From Deltaproteobacteria bacterium (GTDB lineage: Bacteria; Desulfobacterota; Deferrimicrobia; Deferrimicrobiales; Deferrimicrobiaceae): a stretch of DNA of 64,000 nucleotides. Of the stretch, positions 9,576-18,805 are shown piece after piece (position 1 is the first letter of the stretch; the number at the start of each line of letters is the position of its first letter). The DNA is taken from NCBI GenBank assembly GCA_016219515.1, contig JACRMU010000140.1, positions 12,279 through 76,278 of the forward strand. Reading direction: 5' to 3'. A program made the position numbers and the translations under genes. The notes beneath the pieces are model-generated. The model did not search any database and had not been told where the DNA came from. It saw nothing but the letters and a program-made list of their open reading frames with translations.

Positions 9576-10961
9576 CTAGCAGGGGTTTTCGGCGTTCCGC
9601 CTCGAATAGAACCACCACGTTACGGCGATGCAGGTGACATAGAAAGCGAGAAAACCGTAAAGCGCCGGCTCCGGCCCCCCGGTGAGGCCGATGGCGCTGC
9701 CGAACGCTTTCGGAATGAAAAAGGCGCCGTAGGCGGCGAAGGCCGAGCTGAAGCCGATGACCGCGGCGGATTCCTTGGCCGCGTCCTTGAGCGCCTGCTC
9801 CTGCGCCGCCGCTCCCTTTCCTTCCGCGTCCCGCGTCCGCTCGTTCAGGAAAATCACCGGTATCATCCGGAACGTCGAACCGTTGCCGATCCCGGTGGTG
9901 ATGAACATAAGGATGAACATGCCCAGGAACCCGAAGAAGCTCCCGCCGGCGCCGTTGCGGGGGAGAAACGAAAGGATGCCGACCGCGCTTGCCGCCATGG
10001 CGATGAAATTCCAGAAAGTTACCTGCGCGCCGCCCAGCTTGTCGGCGATCCACCCGCCGACCGGGCGCATGAGAGCCCCGACCAACGGCCCGAGGAAGGC
10101 GTATTTCGTGGGATCCACTCCGGGGAAAAGGGATTTGATAAGGAGCGGCATCCCCGCCGAGTATCCGATGAAGGACCCGAAGGTGCCCAGGTAAAGCCAG
10201 CACATCAGCCAGTTGTTCTTCCGTCGGAAGATGATCGACTGTTCGCTGAACGACGCCCTCGCATCGGCGATGTCGTTCATGCCGAGCCACGACGCCACGG
10301 TCGCCGCGAGAATGAAAGGAACCCACAGGAACCCTGCGTTCTGCAGCCAGATCGATTTGGCCGTCCCTTTTACGACGGCCATCTGCGGCCCGCCGCCGAA
10401 CGCTCCGAACACGCCGGCGGTAACGGCGAGCGGCACCAGGAACTGCATCGCGCTGACGCCGAGGTTTCCCAGTCCCGCGTTCAGCCCCAGGGCGGTCCCT
10501 TTTTGGGCCTTGGGGAAGAAAAAGCTGATGTTGGACATGCTGGAGGCGAAGTTGCCGCCGCCGAAGCCGCAGAAGAGAGCGAGAACCAGAAGCGTCCCGT
10601 AGCTCGTTCCGGGGTCCTGCACCGCGAAGCCGATGCCGACCGCCGGGATCAGCAGGGAGGCGGTGCTGAGCGTGCTCCATTTCCGTCCTCCGAAGATCGG
10701 CACCACGAAGGAGTAGAAGATCCGGAGCGTCGCTCCGGACAGTCCCGGCAGCGCGGCGAGCCAGAACAGCCGGTTGGCGTCGAACCGGAATCCGATGGCC
10801 GGGAGGTTGATCACCACCACGCTCCACACCATCCAGACGGCGAAGGACAGGAAGAGGGAGGGGATGGATATCCAGAGGTTCCGGGCGGCGATGGCCTTGC
10901 CTTCCCGTTCCCAGAAATCCTTGTCTTCCGGGTTCCAGACCGTCAGCAGGCGAGACGCCAT
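9576..10961 (-). CDS. narK: Nitrate/nitrite transporter NarK (MFS), 461 aa
   Basis: 12-TM MFS protein with NarK-type glycine-rich motifs (GFGGGNFASSM, GLNAGLGNLGVS, GWIADKLGG). Last gene of the nar operon. Confidence 0.85.
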   Translation of the reverse strand: MASRLLTVWNPEDKDFWEREGKAIAARNLWISIPSLFLSFAVWMVWSVVVINLPAIGFRFDANRLFWLAALPGLSGATLRIFYSFVVPIFGGRKWSTLSTASLLIPAVGIGFAVQDPGTSYGTLLVLALFCGFGGGNFASSMSNISFFFPKAQKGTALGLNAGLGNLGVSAMQFLVPLAVTAGVFGAFGGGPQMAVVKGTAKSIWLQNAGFLWVPFILAATVASWLGMNDIADARASFSEQSIIFRRKNNWLMCWLYLGTFGSFIGYSAGMPLLIKSLFPGVDPTKYAFLGPLVGALMRPVGGWIADKLGGAQVTFWNFIAMAASAVGILSFLPRNGAGGSFFGFLGMFILMFITTGIGNGSTFRMIPVIFLNERTRDAEGKGAAAQEQALKDAAKESAAVIGFSSAFAAYGAFFIPKAFGSAIGLTGGPEPALYGFLAFYVTCIAVTWWFYSRRNAENPC

Positions 10962-11019
10962 CGGATCCCTCCCCGAGGGTATTTTCTTGCGCTATGCCGT
11001 CAACACGATAACGGGTTCC

Positions 11020-11697
11020 TCATCCCCCGGCCTTCGGGGACCGCCAGCGGTAGAGAATCGGCGGATCCTTGAGGAAGTCGAACGGGACATACAGAAGATG
11101 CACCAGCTTGGTGAACGGCAGCAGGGCGACGATCAGGAACGCGCCGGCGGCGTGCAGCTTGAAGACCATCGGTACATCGGACATGTATTCGGCCTGCGGA
11201 TGGAACAAAAGCAGCGAATGGAAATAGGGGACGGCCGTGTGGAGATACCATTGGGAGCCCCAGCGCAGGAACATGCCCATGTAAACTCCCGTGGCTGTTT
11301 GAAAGAGCAGAAGAGCGAGCAGTATCCAGTCGCCGGCGGTGGTCACGGGCCCCAGGAAGGGAGTGACAAGGCGGCGCACGATCAGCACCAGGCAGCCGAA
11401 GAGGGCGAACAGCCCGAGCCCCAGGCCGGCGCTCTCCAGGAGAATGAGGGCCTGCCGGTTCGCCAGGATCGACTGCATGGCGTCGGGGGCGAAGATCCCG
11501 AAGAAGTGCGCAACCACCACCGGGATGACGCCGTAGTGCCAGGAATTGCTCCCCCAGTAGAGCGTCTTCCGTTCCAGAAACTGCGTCGAGTAGGCCGACC
11601 AGGTGAGCCGGTTGGAGAAGTACCGGTACGGCGTCACGAAGGCGAACAGCGCCAGCGCCGCATACGGGAGAACGACGAAGAGAAAGGTGTTCAGCAT
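11020..11697 (-). CDS. narI: Respiratory nitrate reductase gamma subunit NarI (dihaem b membrane anchor), 225 aa
   Basis: MLNTFLFVVLPYAALALFAFVTPYRYFSNRLTWSAYSTQFLE... with conserved His positions. Start chosen at ATG 11697 (the listed ORF start 11736 adds 13 non-conserved residues). Overlaps narJ by 7 nt. Confidence 0.8.
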   Translation of the reverse strand: MLNTFLFVVLPYAALALFAFVTPYRYFSNRLTWSAYSTQFLERKTLYWGSNSWHYGVIPVVVAHFFGIFAPDAMQSILANRQALILLESAGLGLGLFALFGCLVLIVRRLVTPFLGPVTTAGDWILLALLLFQTATGVYMGMFLRWGSQWYLHTAVPYFHSLLLFHPQAEYMSDVPMVFKLHAAGAFLIVALLPFTKLVHLLYVPFDFLKDPPILYRWRSPKAGG

Positions 11698-12245
11698 GGC
11701 TTGCCCTCCTCGCGGTTCGAAGAGTCCGCGGAGCACAGGAGTCTTGCCGATTCGACCACCGGCATCCAGGGAGAGTTCTTTCGGGAGGAAAGATTAACGA
11801 CCAGCCGCTCCACCCCCGGCAGCACGCACTCGGCGATGAAGGACCGCCTCGCGCCGTCTTCCGCGTTCCGGGAAAGGAAGGCAAGGAAACCGAGCACCCG
11901 CGGCAGATGATCGGGCAGTTCGTTGCCGGAAGGGGCGAAACCGTGGCGGCCGAACTCCTGCTTGAGCCGGATCATGTACGCCCCCTTTTTCCGGTTTTCG
12001 CCGAAGAGGTGATGGCCCAGATACAGTGCGACCGCCGGATTGAAGTCGAAGGTCGCGACGTAATCCTCCTGGAGCCGCGAAAGAGACGAACTCTCCACGA
12101 ACCTGGCGAACGGTTCCAGCGGGGATTCGATGTTCCGTGCTTCCAGCATCCTGCCCGCCTTTTCGCAATCCGACAGGATCCCTTCCTTTCCGCCGGGATA
12201 ATCGAGTATGCGGGCGAGGGAGTCGTAGCAGTCCGCCATGCTCAT
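11691..12245 (-). CDS. narJ: Nitrate reductase molybdenum cofactor assembly chaperone NarJ, 184 aa
   Basis: NarJ/TorD-family sequence (DYVATFDFNPAVALYLGHHLFGE). Position between narH and narI. 4-nt overlap with narH. Confidence 0.8.
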   Translation of the reverse strand: MSMADCYDSLARILDYPGGKEGILSDCEKAGRMLEARNIESPLEPFARFVESSSLSRLQEDYVATFDFNPAVALYLGHHLFGENRKKGAYMIRLKQEFGRHGFAPSGNELPDHLPRVLGFLAFLSRNAEDGARRSFIAECVLPGVERLVVNLSSRKNSPWMPVVESARLLCSADSSNREEGKPC

Positions 12246-13693
12246 TTTCCCCTCCCGGTTTTTTTAAGGATTCCGAAGCCGCTCTCCCCGCTGCGGGCAT
12301 GGGGGTCCTGCTCCTCCCTCTGCTGCGCCGGGATGACGTTCCGCTCGTCGTATCCCCCGATCGTGAACAGGCGGTAGATTCGCAATGCCGCCGCCTCGTC
12401 CAGGCCGGCCTTCTTCAGAACTTCCGGGTCGATCGGCTGATGGAGATTTTTCGCCCGCAGGAAGGCGCGCAGGGCGATCAGCTTCCCCAGCACCTGCGCC
12501 ACCACTTCCCGGTTGCCGCCGGCAAGAAGGCTTGCCAGGAAGCTTAAAGGGGCCCGCAGGGTTTCCACGGACGGGAACACGCCGTGCTCCATCAACTCGT
12601 GGGAATCGCCAAGAGTGGCGAGGACCGGAGAAAGGGAGGGGATGTAATACGCCATCGGCAAGGTCCGGAATTCGGGATGGAGCGGAAGGGCGAGGCCGAA
12701 TTCCTTTACCAGGGCGTACACCGGCGACTGGACGGCGGCATCCAGCCACTGATCGGACACGCCGTTCTTCCTGGCCGCGTCGCGGACCGCCGGGTCGCCG
12801 GGATCGAGGATCACGTCGCGATGGGCTTCCACGAGTTGATCGTCCGGCCTGAGCAGCGCCCGCTCCACTCTTTCCGCGTCGTAGAGGAGGACGCCGACGT
12901 ACCGTATCCGCCCGACGCAGCTGTGGGCGCAGGCGTTGCATTGTCCGGTCTCGGTGCGCGGGAAGCAGAAGATGCATTTCTCCGCTTTCCCGCTGTCCCA
13001 GTTGAAATACACCTTCTTGTACGGACAGGCGCTGGTGCAGAAACGCCACCCCTTGCAGACGTTCTGGTCCACGAGGACGATGCCGTCCTCTCCCCGCTTG
13101 TAGATCGCCCGTGACGGGCACGAGGCGACGCACGCCGGATTCAGGCAGTGGTTGCAGATCCGGGGGACCCAATGCATGAACATCTTGCCGTAGTCTTCCA
13201 CGATCCCGCGCTGTTCCAGGTTGATATCGTTGGAGGCGTAGAGCTGCGAGCCGGAGAGGTCGTCGTCCCAGTTCGGCCCCCCCCGGATGACGTCGATCTT
13301 CCGCCCCGAGATCTGCGAGAACGCTTCGGCCACCGGCTGATCGTTCTCTTCCCGGGATCCGTAGAGGTTGCCGTAGTCGAAATCGAACGGCTCGTAGTAG
13401 TCCTCCAGCTTCGGCATGTTCGGCTGGAAGAACATGTTAAGGAGAGTCGGCCCTTTCCCCAGGGCCTTGAGCCGGAGGTCGTTTCCGTCGACGACCCACC
13501 CGCCCTTGAAGATCTCCTGGTCCTCCCACTTCTTCGGGTAGCCGACTCCGGGCTTGGTCTCCACGTTGTTCCACCACATGTATTCGGCGCCGCGCCGGTC
13601 GGTCCAGATGTTCTTGCAGGAGATGCTGCACGTGTGGCAGCCGAGGCACTTGTCGAGGTGGAACACCATCACCAGTTGCGCCCGTGCGTCCAT
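12242..13693 (-). CDS. narH: Respiratory nitrate reductase beta subunit NarH (4 Fe-S clusters), 483 aa
   Basis: N-terminus MVFHLDKCLGCHTCSISCKNIWTDRRGAEYMWWNNVETKPG plus further Cys clusters (CNHCLNPACVASCP, CKGWRFCTSACPYKK) are diagnostic for NarH. Confidence 0.9.
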   Translation of the reverse strand: MDARAQLVMVFHLDKCLGCHTCSISCKNIWTDRRGAEYMWWNNVETKPGVGYPKKWEDQEIFKGGWVVDGNDLRLKALGKGPTLLNMFFQPNMPKLEDYYEPFDFDYGNLYGSREENDQPVAEAFSQISGRKIDVIRGGPNWDDDLSGSQLYASNDINLEQRGIVEDYGKMFMHWVPRICNHCLNPACVASCPSRAIYKRGEDGIVLVDQNVCKGWRFCTSACPYKKVYFNWDSGKAEKCIFCFPRTETGQCNACAHSCVGRIRYVGVLLYDAERVERALLRPDDQLVEAHRDVILDPGDPAVRDAARKNGVSDQWLDAAVQSPVYALVKEFGLALPLHPEFRTLPMAYYIPSLSPVLATLGDSHELMEHGVFPSVETLRAPLSFLASLLAGGNREVVAQVLGKLIALRAFLRAKNLHQPIDPEVLKKAGLDEAAALRIYRLFTIGGYDERNVIPAQQREEQDPHARSGESGFGILKKTGRGK

Positions 13694-13697
13694 CGCT

Positions 13698-16600
13698 TCA
13701 CCTCCCCAGCTTTCTGACGACGACGTAGCAGTCGCGGTTCACCCCGGTCGGCCCCCAGTAGTTGAAGTAGTAGCTGAACTGGGCGTAGCCGCCGAGCATC
13801 AGCGTCGGCTTGAGGCGTATGCGGGAAAGGCTGTTGTGCACGCCGCCGCGCCGCCCGCTTTTCCTGGACTTCTTGACGTTCAAGGTCCGCTCGGGGGCGT
13901 GGTACATGACCGCCGCGCCCTTGGGGATGCGCGACGAGACGATCGCCCGGCAGACGACGACTCCGTTGGCGTTGAAGACCTCGATTTCGTCGTTGTCCCC
14001 GATGTCGGCCCCCGCCGCGTCCTCGTGGTTCAGCCAGACCACCTGCCCGCCGCGCGAAAGCGTGAGCATCCGGAGGTTGTCGCTGTACGTGGAGTGGATG
14101 CTCCATTTGCCGTGGGGAGTCAGGAAGTTGAGCACGAGCCCTGTTTCCCCTTCCGTCTCGTCCAGGAGCGCCGGAGGGAGCTTCCCCTTGAATGTGGGAA
14201 GCCCTTCATGGAACTCGCCGTAATAGGGATGGTCCAGGTAGAGGGACTGGCGGCCGGAAAGGGTGCGCCACGGGACCCCGTGTTCCACGTTGAGCGTATA
14301 GGGAGCGTATGGGCGCCCCTCGTTGACCAGCCCGCTCCAGACCGGCGTGCTGACGAACCGGCGGGGCTTTTTCGTGATCTCCTCCCAGGTGATGCGGAAA
14401 TTGCGGTCGCCGGCCGCGATCTGCGAAAGGGGCTTGCCGACCCGTTTTTCCAGGTTCCGATACGCGCGGTAGGCCAGCTCCCCGTTGGTCTCCGGGGCGA
14501 AGGCGAGGATCACATCGGCGACAACCCTCTCGTCCTCGAGGTCGACATGTTTCTTGCCGTTCCAGGTGCGCGTCGGCATCCTCTCGAGAAGATGTTCGTG
14601 CACGTCGCCCGCTTCCCAGTTGACCCCGTGCGCGCCCAGGCGGCCCATGGCCGGCCCCACCGACAGGAACCGGTTGTAGAGGTTCGCGTAGTCCCGCTCC
14701 ACGACGGCAAGGGCCGGCATCGTCTTGCCGGGGACCGCCTCGCACTCGCCCAGCTTCCAGTCCTTCACGGACCGCTGGGCGATTTCCCCGGGCGTGTCGT
14801 GCAGCAACGGGGCGGCGACGATGTCCTTCACCGGCGCCGGGAAATGCCTCGGCGACAGCTCGCTCACCTTCCCGGCGATCATGCCGAAGATCTTCCAGTC
14901 GGGCTTCGATTCCCACGACGGCGGCACGGCGGCATCAAGGCAGTTGACGAAGGAGTGCATGTCGGTCGTGTTCAGGTCGGATTTCTCGTACCAGGTGGCC
15001 GCCGGCAGGACGATGTCCGAGTAAAGGGCGGAGGTGTCCATGCGGAAATTGAGGTCCACCACGAGGTCCATCTTTCCTTCGGGGGCCTTCTCGTGCCAGA
15101 CGATGTCTTTCACCGCCCCCTTCGCGGCTTCCTTCGCGGTGCAGCTTGCGTTGGGAGCGCCGATGACATGCTTGAGGAAGAACTCATGGCCCTTGGCGCT
15201 GGAGGAAATCGCGTTGCCGCGCCAGATGAACCACACCTTGGGGGAATTTCCCTCCCCGTCCGGGTCTTCGACGGCGAAGCGCGTTTCGCCGCTTTTCAGG
15301 CGGGAAACGAGCCAGCCGCGGATCTCGTCGTCCGTTTTCGCCCCCTCCGCCGTCGCCGCCTCCGCCAACCGAAGGGGGTTGTCGTTGAAGTGGGGGGAAA
15401 AGGGGAGCCATCCCAGGCGCACGGCCTTTGCGTTCATGTCCGCGGCGTGCAAGGGCATGTTCTCCCCGGTCTCCGGCTTGAAGTAGTCGACGAAGTTTCG
15501 GTCGTACCTCCACTGGCCGGAATGGATGTACCAGAAGCTCGGAGTGTTCTGGAGGCGGGACGGCTTCACCCAGTCCTGCGCCATGGCGATGGAAGTCCAG
15601 GGGGCAAGGGGCACGACCTTCTCCTGCCCCACATAGTGGGCAAGCCCCGCCCCGTTGCGTCCGACGCTTCCCGTGAGGATGAGAGAGGTGATGGCTGCCC
15701 GGTAGATCAGGTCGTTGTGGTACCAGTGGTTGATCCCCGCGCCCACGATGATCATGTTCCTTCCGCCGCTCTTCTCCCCGTTCTCCGCCCACTCCCGGGC
15801 GATCTTGAGCAAGGACCCGGCCGCGATACCGGTGTGCTTCTCCTGCCACTTCGGGGTGAACGGCTTGTCGTCGTCGTAATCTTTCGGGTAGTCGCCGCCC
15901 AGCCCCCTGGAGACGCCGAACTGGGCCATGAGAAGGTCGAAGACGGTCGCGACCGTCACTTCGCCGTCCCTTGTCCTGACCCGCTTTACCGGGACTTCAC
16001 GGATCACGTCTCCGACCCCTTCGAAATGGAAGCGGACCCGTTCGGTCTCCCCGCCGAGGAAGGTCAGGCGGCAGTCGATTTCCGAGCCGTCGACCATGTC
16101 CTTCATATCCAGGTTCCATGTTCCTTCCGCCTTGCTCCAGCGGGAGCCGATGCTTCCGTGGGGGATCTTCACATCGCCTTTCCCGTCCGCCACGCAGAGA
16201 GTCCAGTCGGCGTGCTCGAGCCCCGCCGACCGGTCGAGCTCGATCGCCCGAAGGAACTCGCCCGGCAGCAAGGCCCCCTCCTTCCCGCCGAGTTTCACGA
16301 GGAACGGGAGGTCGGTGAACTTCCGCGCATACTCCTCGAAGAAGGGGACCTGCCGGTCGGCGTATTGCTCCTTGAGGATGACGTGGTTCACCGCCATCCA
16401 GAAAGCGCCGTCGTGCCCCTGCTCCACGGGGAGCCAGTTGTCGGCGAACTTGGACGCCATGCTGTAATCCGGGGACATGACCACCGCCTTGGCCCCCCGG
16501 TAGCGGGCTTCGGAGAGAAAGTGGGTGTCGGGCGTGCGCGTCATAGGTAGGTTCGAGCCGCAGATGACGATGTAGGAAGCGTTGTACCAGTCGGCCGACT

Positions 16601-17273
16601 CGTTCACGTCGGTCTGCTCGCCCCAGATCTGCGGCGATGCCGGAGGAAGGTCGCAGTACCAGTCGTAAAAGCTCATGGCCACGCCGCCGAAGAGCTGCAG
16701 GAAACGTGTGCCTGCGGCGTAGCTGATCATCGACATGGCGGGGATGGGAGTAAAGCCGATGACCCGGTCGGGTCCGTATTTTTTCGCCGTATAAATCGTC
16801 GAGGCGGCGATCAGCTCGACCGCGTCGTCCCAGGCCGCCCGCCGGAAGCCGCCCATGCCGCGCCGGGAGGTATAGGATTTCCGCGATTCGGGGTTTTCGA
16901 CGATGCTCCGCCAGGCGTCCACGGGGTCGTCGAACCGTTTCCGGGCCTCCCGCCACAGGTCGATGAGAGCTCCGCGCATGTACGGATATTTGACCCGCAT
17001 GGGGCTGTACATGTACCAGGAGAAGCTGATCCCCCGGGTGCAGCCGCGCGGCTCGTAGTTGGGAATGGTGTGGTCGAACTGGGGGTAGTCGTTGGCCTGC
17101 AGTTCCCAGGCGACGACCCCGTCTTTTACGTGCACCATCCAGCTGCACCCGCCGGTGCAGTTGACCCCGTGGGAGCTGCGCACGACCTTGTCGTATTGCC
17201 AGCGGTTCCGGTAGAACTCCTCCCAGCGCTGGTCCGCACCGGCGCGGTCGTCCTTGATCCGCCCGCTCGACAT
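13698..17273 (-). CDS. narG: Respiratory nitrate reductase alpha subunit NarG (Mo-bisMGD), 1191 aa, cytoplasmic type (no Tat motif)
   Basis: True start ATG 17273 (MSSGRIKDD...); the listed ORF start 17579 is read-through. FS0 His-Cys3 motif HGVNCTGGCSWMVHVKDG and long DMSO-reductase-family body. TAATG overlap with the upstream cytochrome gene. Confidence 0.9.
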   Translation of the reverse strand: MSSGRIKDDRAGADQRWEEFYRNRWQYDKVVRSSHGVNCTGGCSWMVHVKDGVVAWELQANDYPQFDHTIPNYEPRGCTRGISFSWYMYSPMRVKYPYMRGALIDLWREARKRFDDPVDAWRSIVENPESRKSYTSRRGMGGFRRAAWDDAVELIAASTIYTAKKYGPDRVIGFTPIPAMSMISYAAGTRFLQLFGGVAMSFYDWYCDLPPASPQIWGEQTDVNESADWYNASYIVICGSNLPMTRTPDTHFLSEARYRGAKAVVMSPDYSMASKFADNWLPVEQGHDGAFWMAVNHVILKEQYADRQVPFFEEYARKFTDLPFLVKLGGKEGALLPGEFLRAIELDRSAGLEHADWTLCVADGKGDVKIPHGSIGSRWSKAEGTWNLDMKDMVDGSEIDCRLTFLGGETERVRFHFEGVGDVIREVPVKRVRTRDGEVTVATVFDLLMAQFGVSRGLGGDYPKDYDDDKPFTPKWQEKHTGIAAGSLLKIAREWAENGEKSGGRNMIIVGAGINHWYHNDLIYRAAITSLILTGSVGRNGAGLAHYVGQEKVVPLAPWTSIAMAQDWVKPSRLQNTPSFWYIHSGQWRYDRNFVDYFKPETGENMPLHAADMNAKAVRLGWLPFSPHFNDNPLRLAEAATAEGAKTDDEIRGWLVSRLKSGETRFAVEDPDGEGNSPKVWFIWRGNAISSSAKGHEFFLKHVIGAPNASCTAKEAAKGAVKDIVWHEKAPEGKMDLVVDLNFRMDTSALYSDIVLPAATWYEKSDLNTTDMHSFVNCLDAAVPPSWESKPDWKIFGMIAGKVSELSPRHFPAPVKDIVAAPLLHDTPGEIAQRSVKDWKLGECEAVPGKTMPALAVVERDYANLYNRFLSVGPAMGRLGAHGVNWEAGDVHEHLLERMPTRTWNGKKHVDLEDERVVADVILAFAPETNGELAYRAYRNLEKRVGKPLSQIAAGDRNFRITWEEITKKPRRFVSTPVWSGLVNEGRPYAPYTLNVEHGVPWRTLSGRQSLYLDHPYYGEFHEGLPTFKGKLPPALLDETEGETGLVLNFLTPHGKWSIHSTYSDNLRMLTLSRGGQVVWLNHEDAAGADIGDNDEIEVFNANGVVVCRAIVSSRIPKGAAVMYHAPERTLNVKKSRKSGRRGGVHNSLSRIRLKPTLMLGGYAQFSYYFNYWGPTGVNRDCYVVVRKLGR

Positions 17274-18118
17274 TAACGGATCCTCCTTTTGTACAGCGTC
17301 AATCCGGCGATCAGGCAGGCGAACACGGCGACTCCCGTCGCCGGGTAATGATCGCAGGCGGCGGACGTTTTGCGCGCGACGGCATCCCTGGAAAATGCGA
17401 CCAGCGCGGCAGTCTCCTCCTCCGTCAGCGGCCGGGACGCGTAAATTTTTCTCATGATCGGGAAGTTGAGGCTCTTCAGCATCCCGCGGAATCCCTGCTC
17501 GCCGACGGCCTCGATCCTCTTGCTCAGGTCGACGGCCAGGGTCCCCCCCGTGATCCCCGAATAGGCGAAGCCGTGACATGCCGCGCAGGGAGCGCCTCCG
17601 TTCGCGAGGGGCTTGCTCCCGGTGAAGAGGGCTCTTCCCAGCGCGACGAGTTCGGGAGTTGCAACCGTTTCCGGGGGCTTCGTTTCCGGTGCGCCGGAGG
17701 AGACGGTTCCGGGCGCTGCGCCCGCCGTGGTTTTCGCTGCCGGAGTAGCGGGAGCGGGCGTTGCCGCCGGAGCGGGCGGAGAAAGGCTTTGCACATATGC
17801 GACGAACTTCCGGGCATCCTTTCGGCTCACGCCGAGGTTCGGCATCTCGCCTCCGTACTTCTTCACCAGCGCGAGCTGGACCGGGTCCTTATCGGCGGTC
17901 AGCCTGTCCGGCTCCACGATGATTCGCTCGAGCCACTCCGCCGGCCTCTTCCCTGCGATCCCCTTCAGATCGGGGCCGCCCGAATCGCCGCCGCCGACCG
18001 TGTGGCAGCCGGCGCACTCTTTTTCGAAGATCTCCTTGCCCGAATCCCCCCACGCCGGAACGGCAACCAGCAGCGGAAGGAGCAGCAGGAGGGAGAAATT
18101 CCACGGACGATCTCTCAT
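17273..18118 (-). CDS. Membrane-anchored dihaem c-type cytochrome (Thermus NarC-like), 281 aa, first gene of nar operon
   Basis: Signal peptide (LLLLLPLLVAVPAWG). Two CXXCH motifs (CAGCH, CAACH) separated by a Pro/Ala/Thr-rich linker. C-terminal hydrophobic anchor (GVAVFACLIAGLTLY). Stop overlaps the narG start. Confidence 0.75.
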   Translation of the reverse strand: MRDRPWNFSLLLLLPLLVAVPAWGDSGKEIFEKECAGCHTVGGGDSGGPDLKGIAGKRPAEWLERIIVEPDRLTADKDPVQLALVKKYGGEMPNLGVSRKDARKFVAYVQSLSPPAPAATPAPATPAAKTTAGAAPGTVSSGAPETKPPETVATPELVALGRALFTGSKPLANGGAPCAACHGFAYSGITGGTLAVDLSKRIEAVGEQGFRGMLKSLNFPIMRKIYASRPLTEEETAALVAFSRDAVARKTSAACDHYPATGVAVFACLIAGLTLYKRRIR

Positions 18119-18420
18119 GGATTCATCCTCCAGAGGGGTGGCGGGCTTCGCGGGGCAAGACGGACGGACGGTTCAGCGGGTGAAAGGGGTGCGCGGTAGA
18201 CTTCGGGCAGGAAAGGGTGCTTGCCATCGAACCTTCCAGGGGCCAGACTTCGACCGATATTTTCGCTTATGAAATAATAATCTCAGAAAATAACGAAGGT
18301 AGAAAGAATCATTATTGATATCCTCCTTTTCTGTTGTTTCGGAGGATAATCGATCCGGAAATATCCAGTAATGGAAAGCCGTGCTGTTAGATAGCAAAAA
18401 GTACCACGAGGTTTCTTTTT
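18119..18420 (-). promoter_or_regulatory. AT-rich island upstream of the nar operon; probable promoter and oxygen/nitrate-responsive regulatory region
   Basis: Local drop to about 35-40% GC in a 65%+ GC genome (...ttatgaaataataatctcagaaaataacgaaggtagaaagaatcattattgatatcc...) immediately 5' of the first nar gene. No exact FNR/NarL consensus could be confirmed by eye. Confidence 0.35.
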
Positions 18421-18484
18421 TTTGCCGTCCAACGGAGCGGGTGCGGAAAAGTTCGGAGGCGATGCCGGGTCTTTCCGGAGCGTT

Positions 18485-18715
18485 CTATCCCTTTTTGCGG
18501 CGGCCGGCGCGCGTCAAAAACAACCGCTCCACCAGGTAAAACGCGACCGGCAGGGCGACGATCACGCCGGCGACCTTCAAGGCAAGACGGACGGTGCGGG
18601 AGCCGATCCCCGCGATCCCGCCCACCATCTCGGGGATGGAGGCCCCGAGGAAGAGCGCGGCGGCGATTCCCAAGAGCAGGGAAGCGGCAAACAGCAGTCG
18701 CGATCTATCCCACAT
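18485..18715 (-). CDS. Small hypothetical membrane protein (76 aa, 2 predicted TM helices)
   Basis: GC3-rich ORF (MWDRSRLLFAASLLLGIAAALFLGASIPEMVGGIAGIGSRTVRLALKVAGVIVALPVAFYLVERLF...RRKKG) between the HD-GYP gene and the nar promoter region. Confidence 0.45.
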   Translation of the reverse strand: MWDRSRLLFAASLLLGIAAALFLGASIPEMVGGIAGIGSRTVRLALKVAGVIVALPVAFYLVERLFLTRAGRRKKG

Positions 18716-18805
18716 TTCTCACCAGCCTCCTGCTGCGGCGACGGCGTTTCGCCGGGGGGATGGGGAAGACCGCTCGTCGATTTTCCTGAGTGCCGGAGGG
18801 AAGGA

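Noticed and set aside
13554-16550. 998-aa plus-strand ORF (and several 300-600-aa ORFs at 12264-13172, 14206-14916, 15997-17148)
   Set aside because: Antisense to narG/narH. Translations are Arg/Pro/Gly-rich low-complexity with no motifs. Artefacts of GC-rich antisense frames.
18173-18397. 74-aa ORF in the AT-rich island upstream of the nar operon
   Set aside because: AT-rich, poor codon usage, no RBS. Region better explained as promoter or regulatory DNA.
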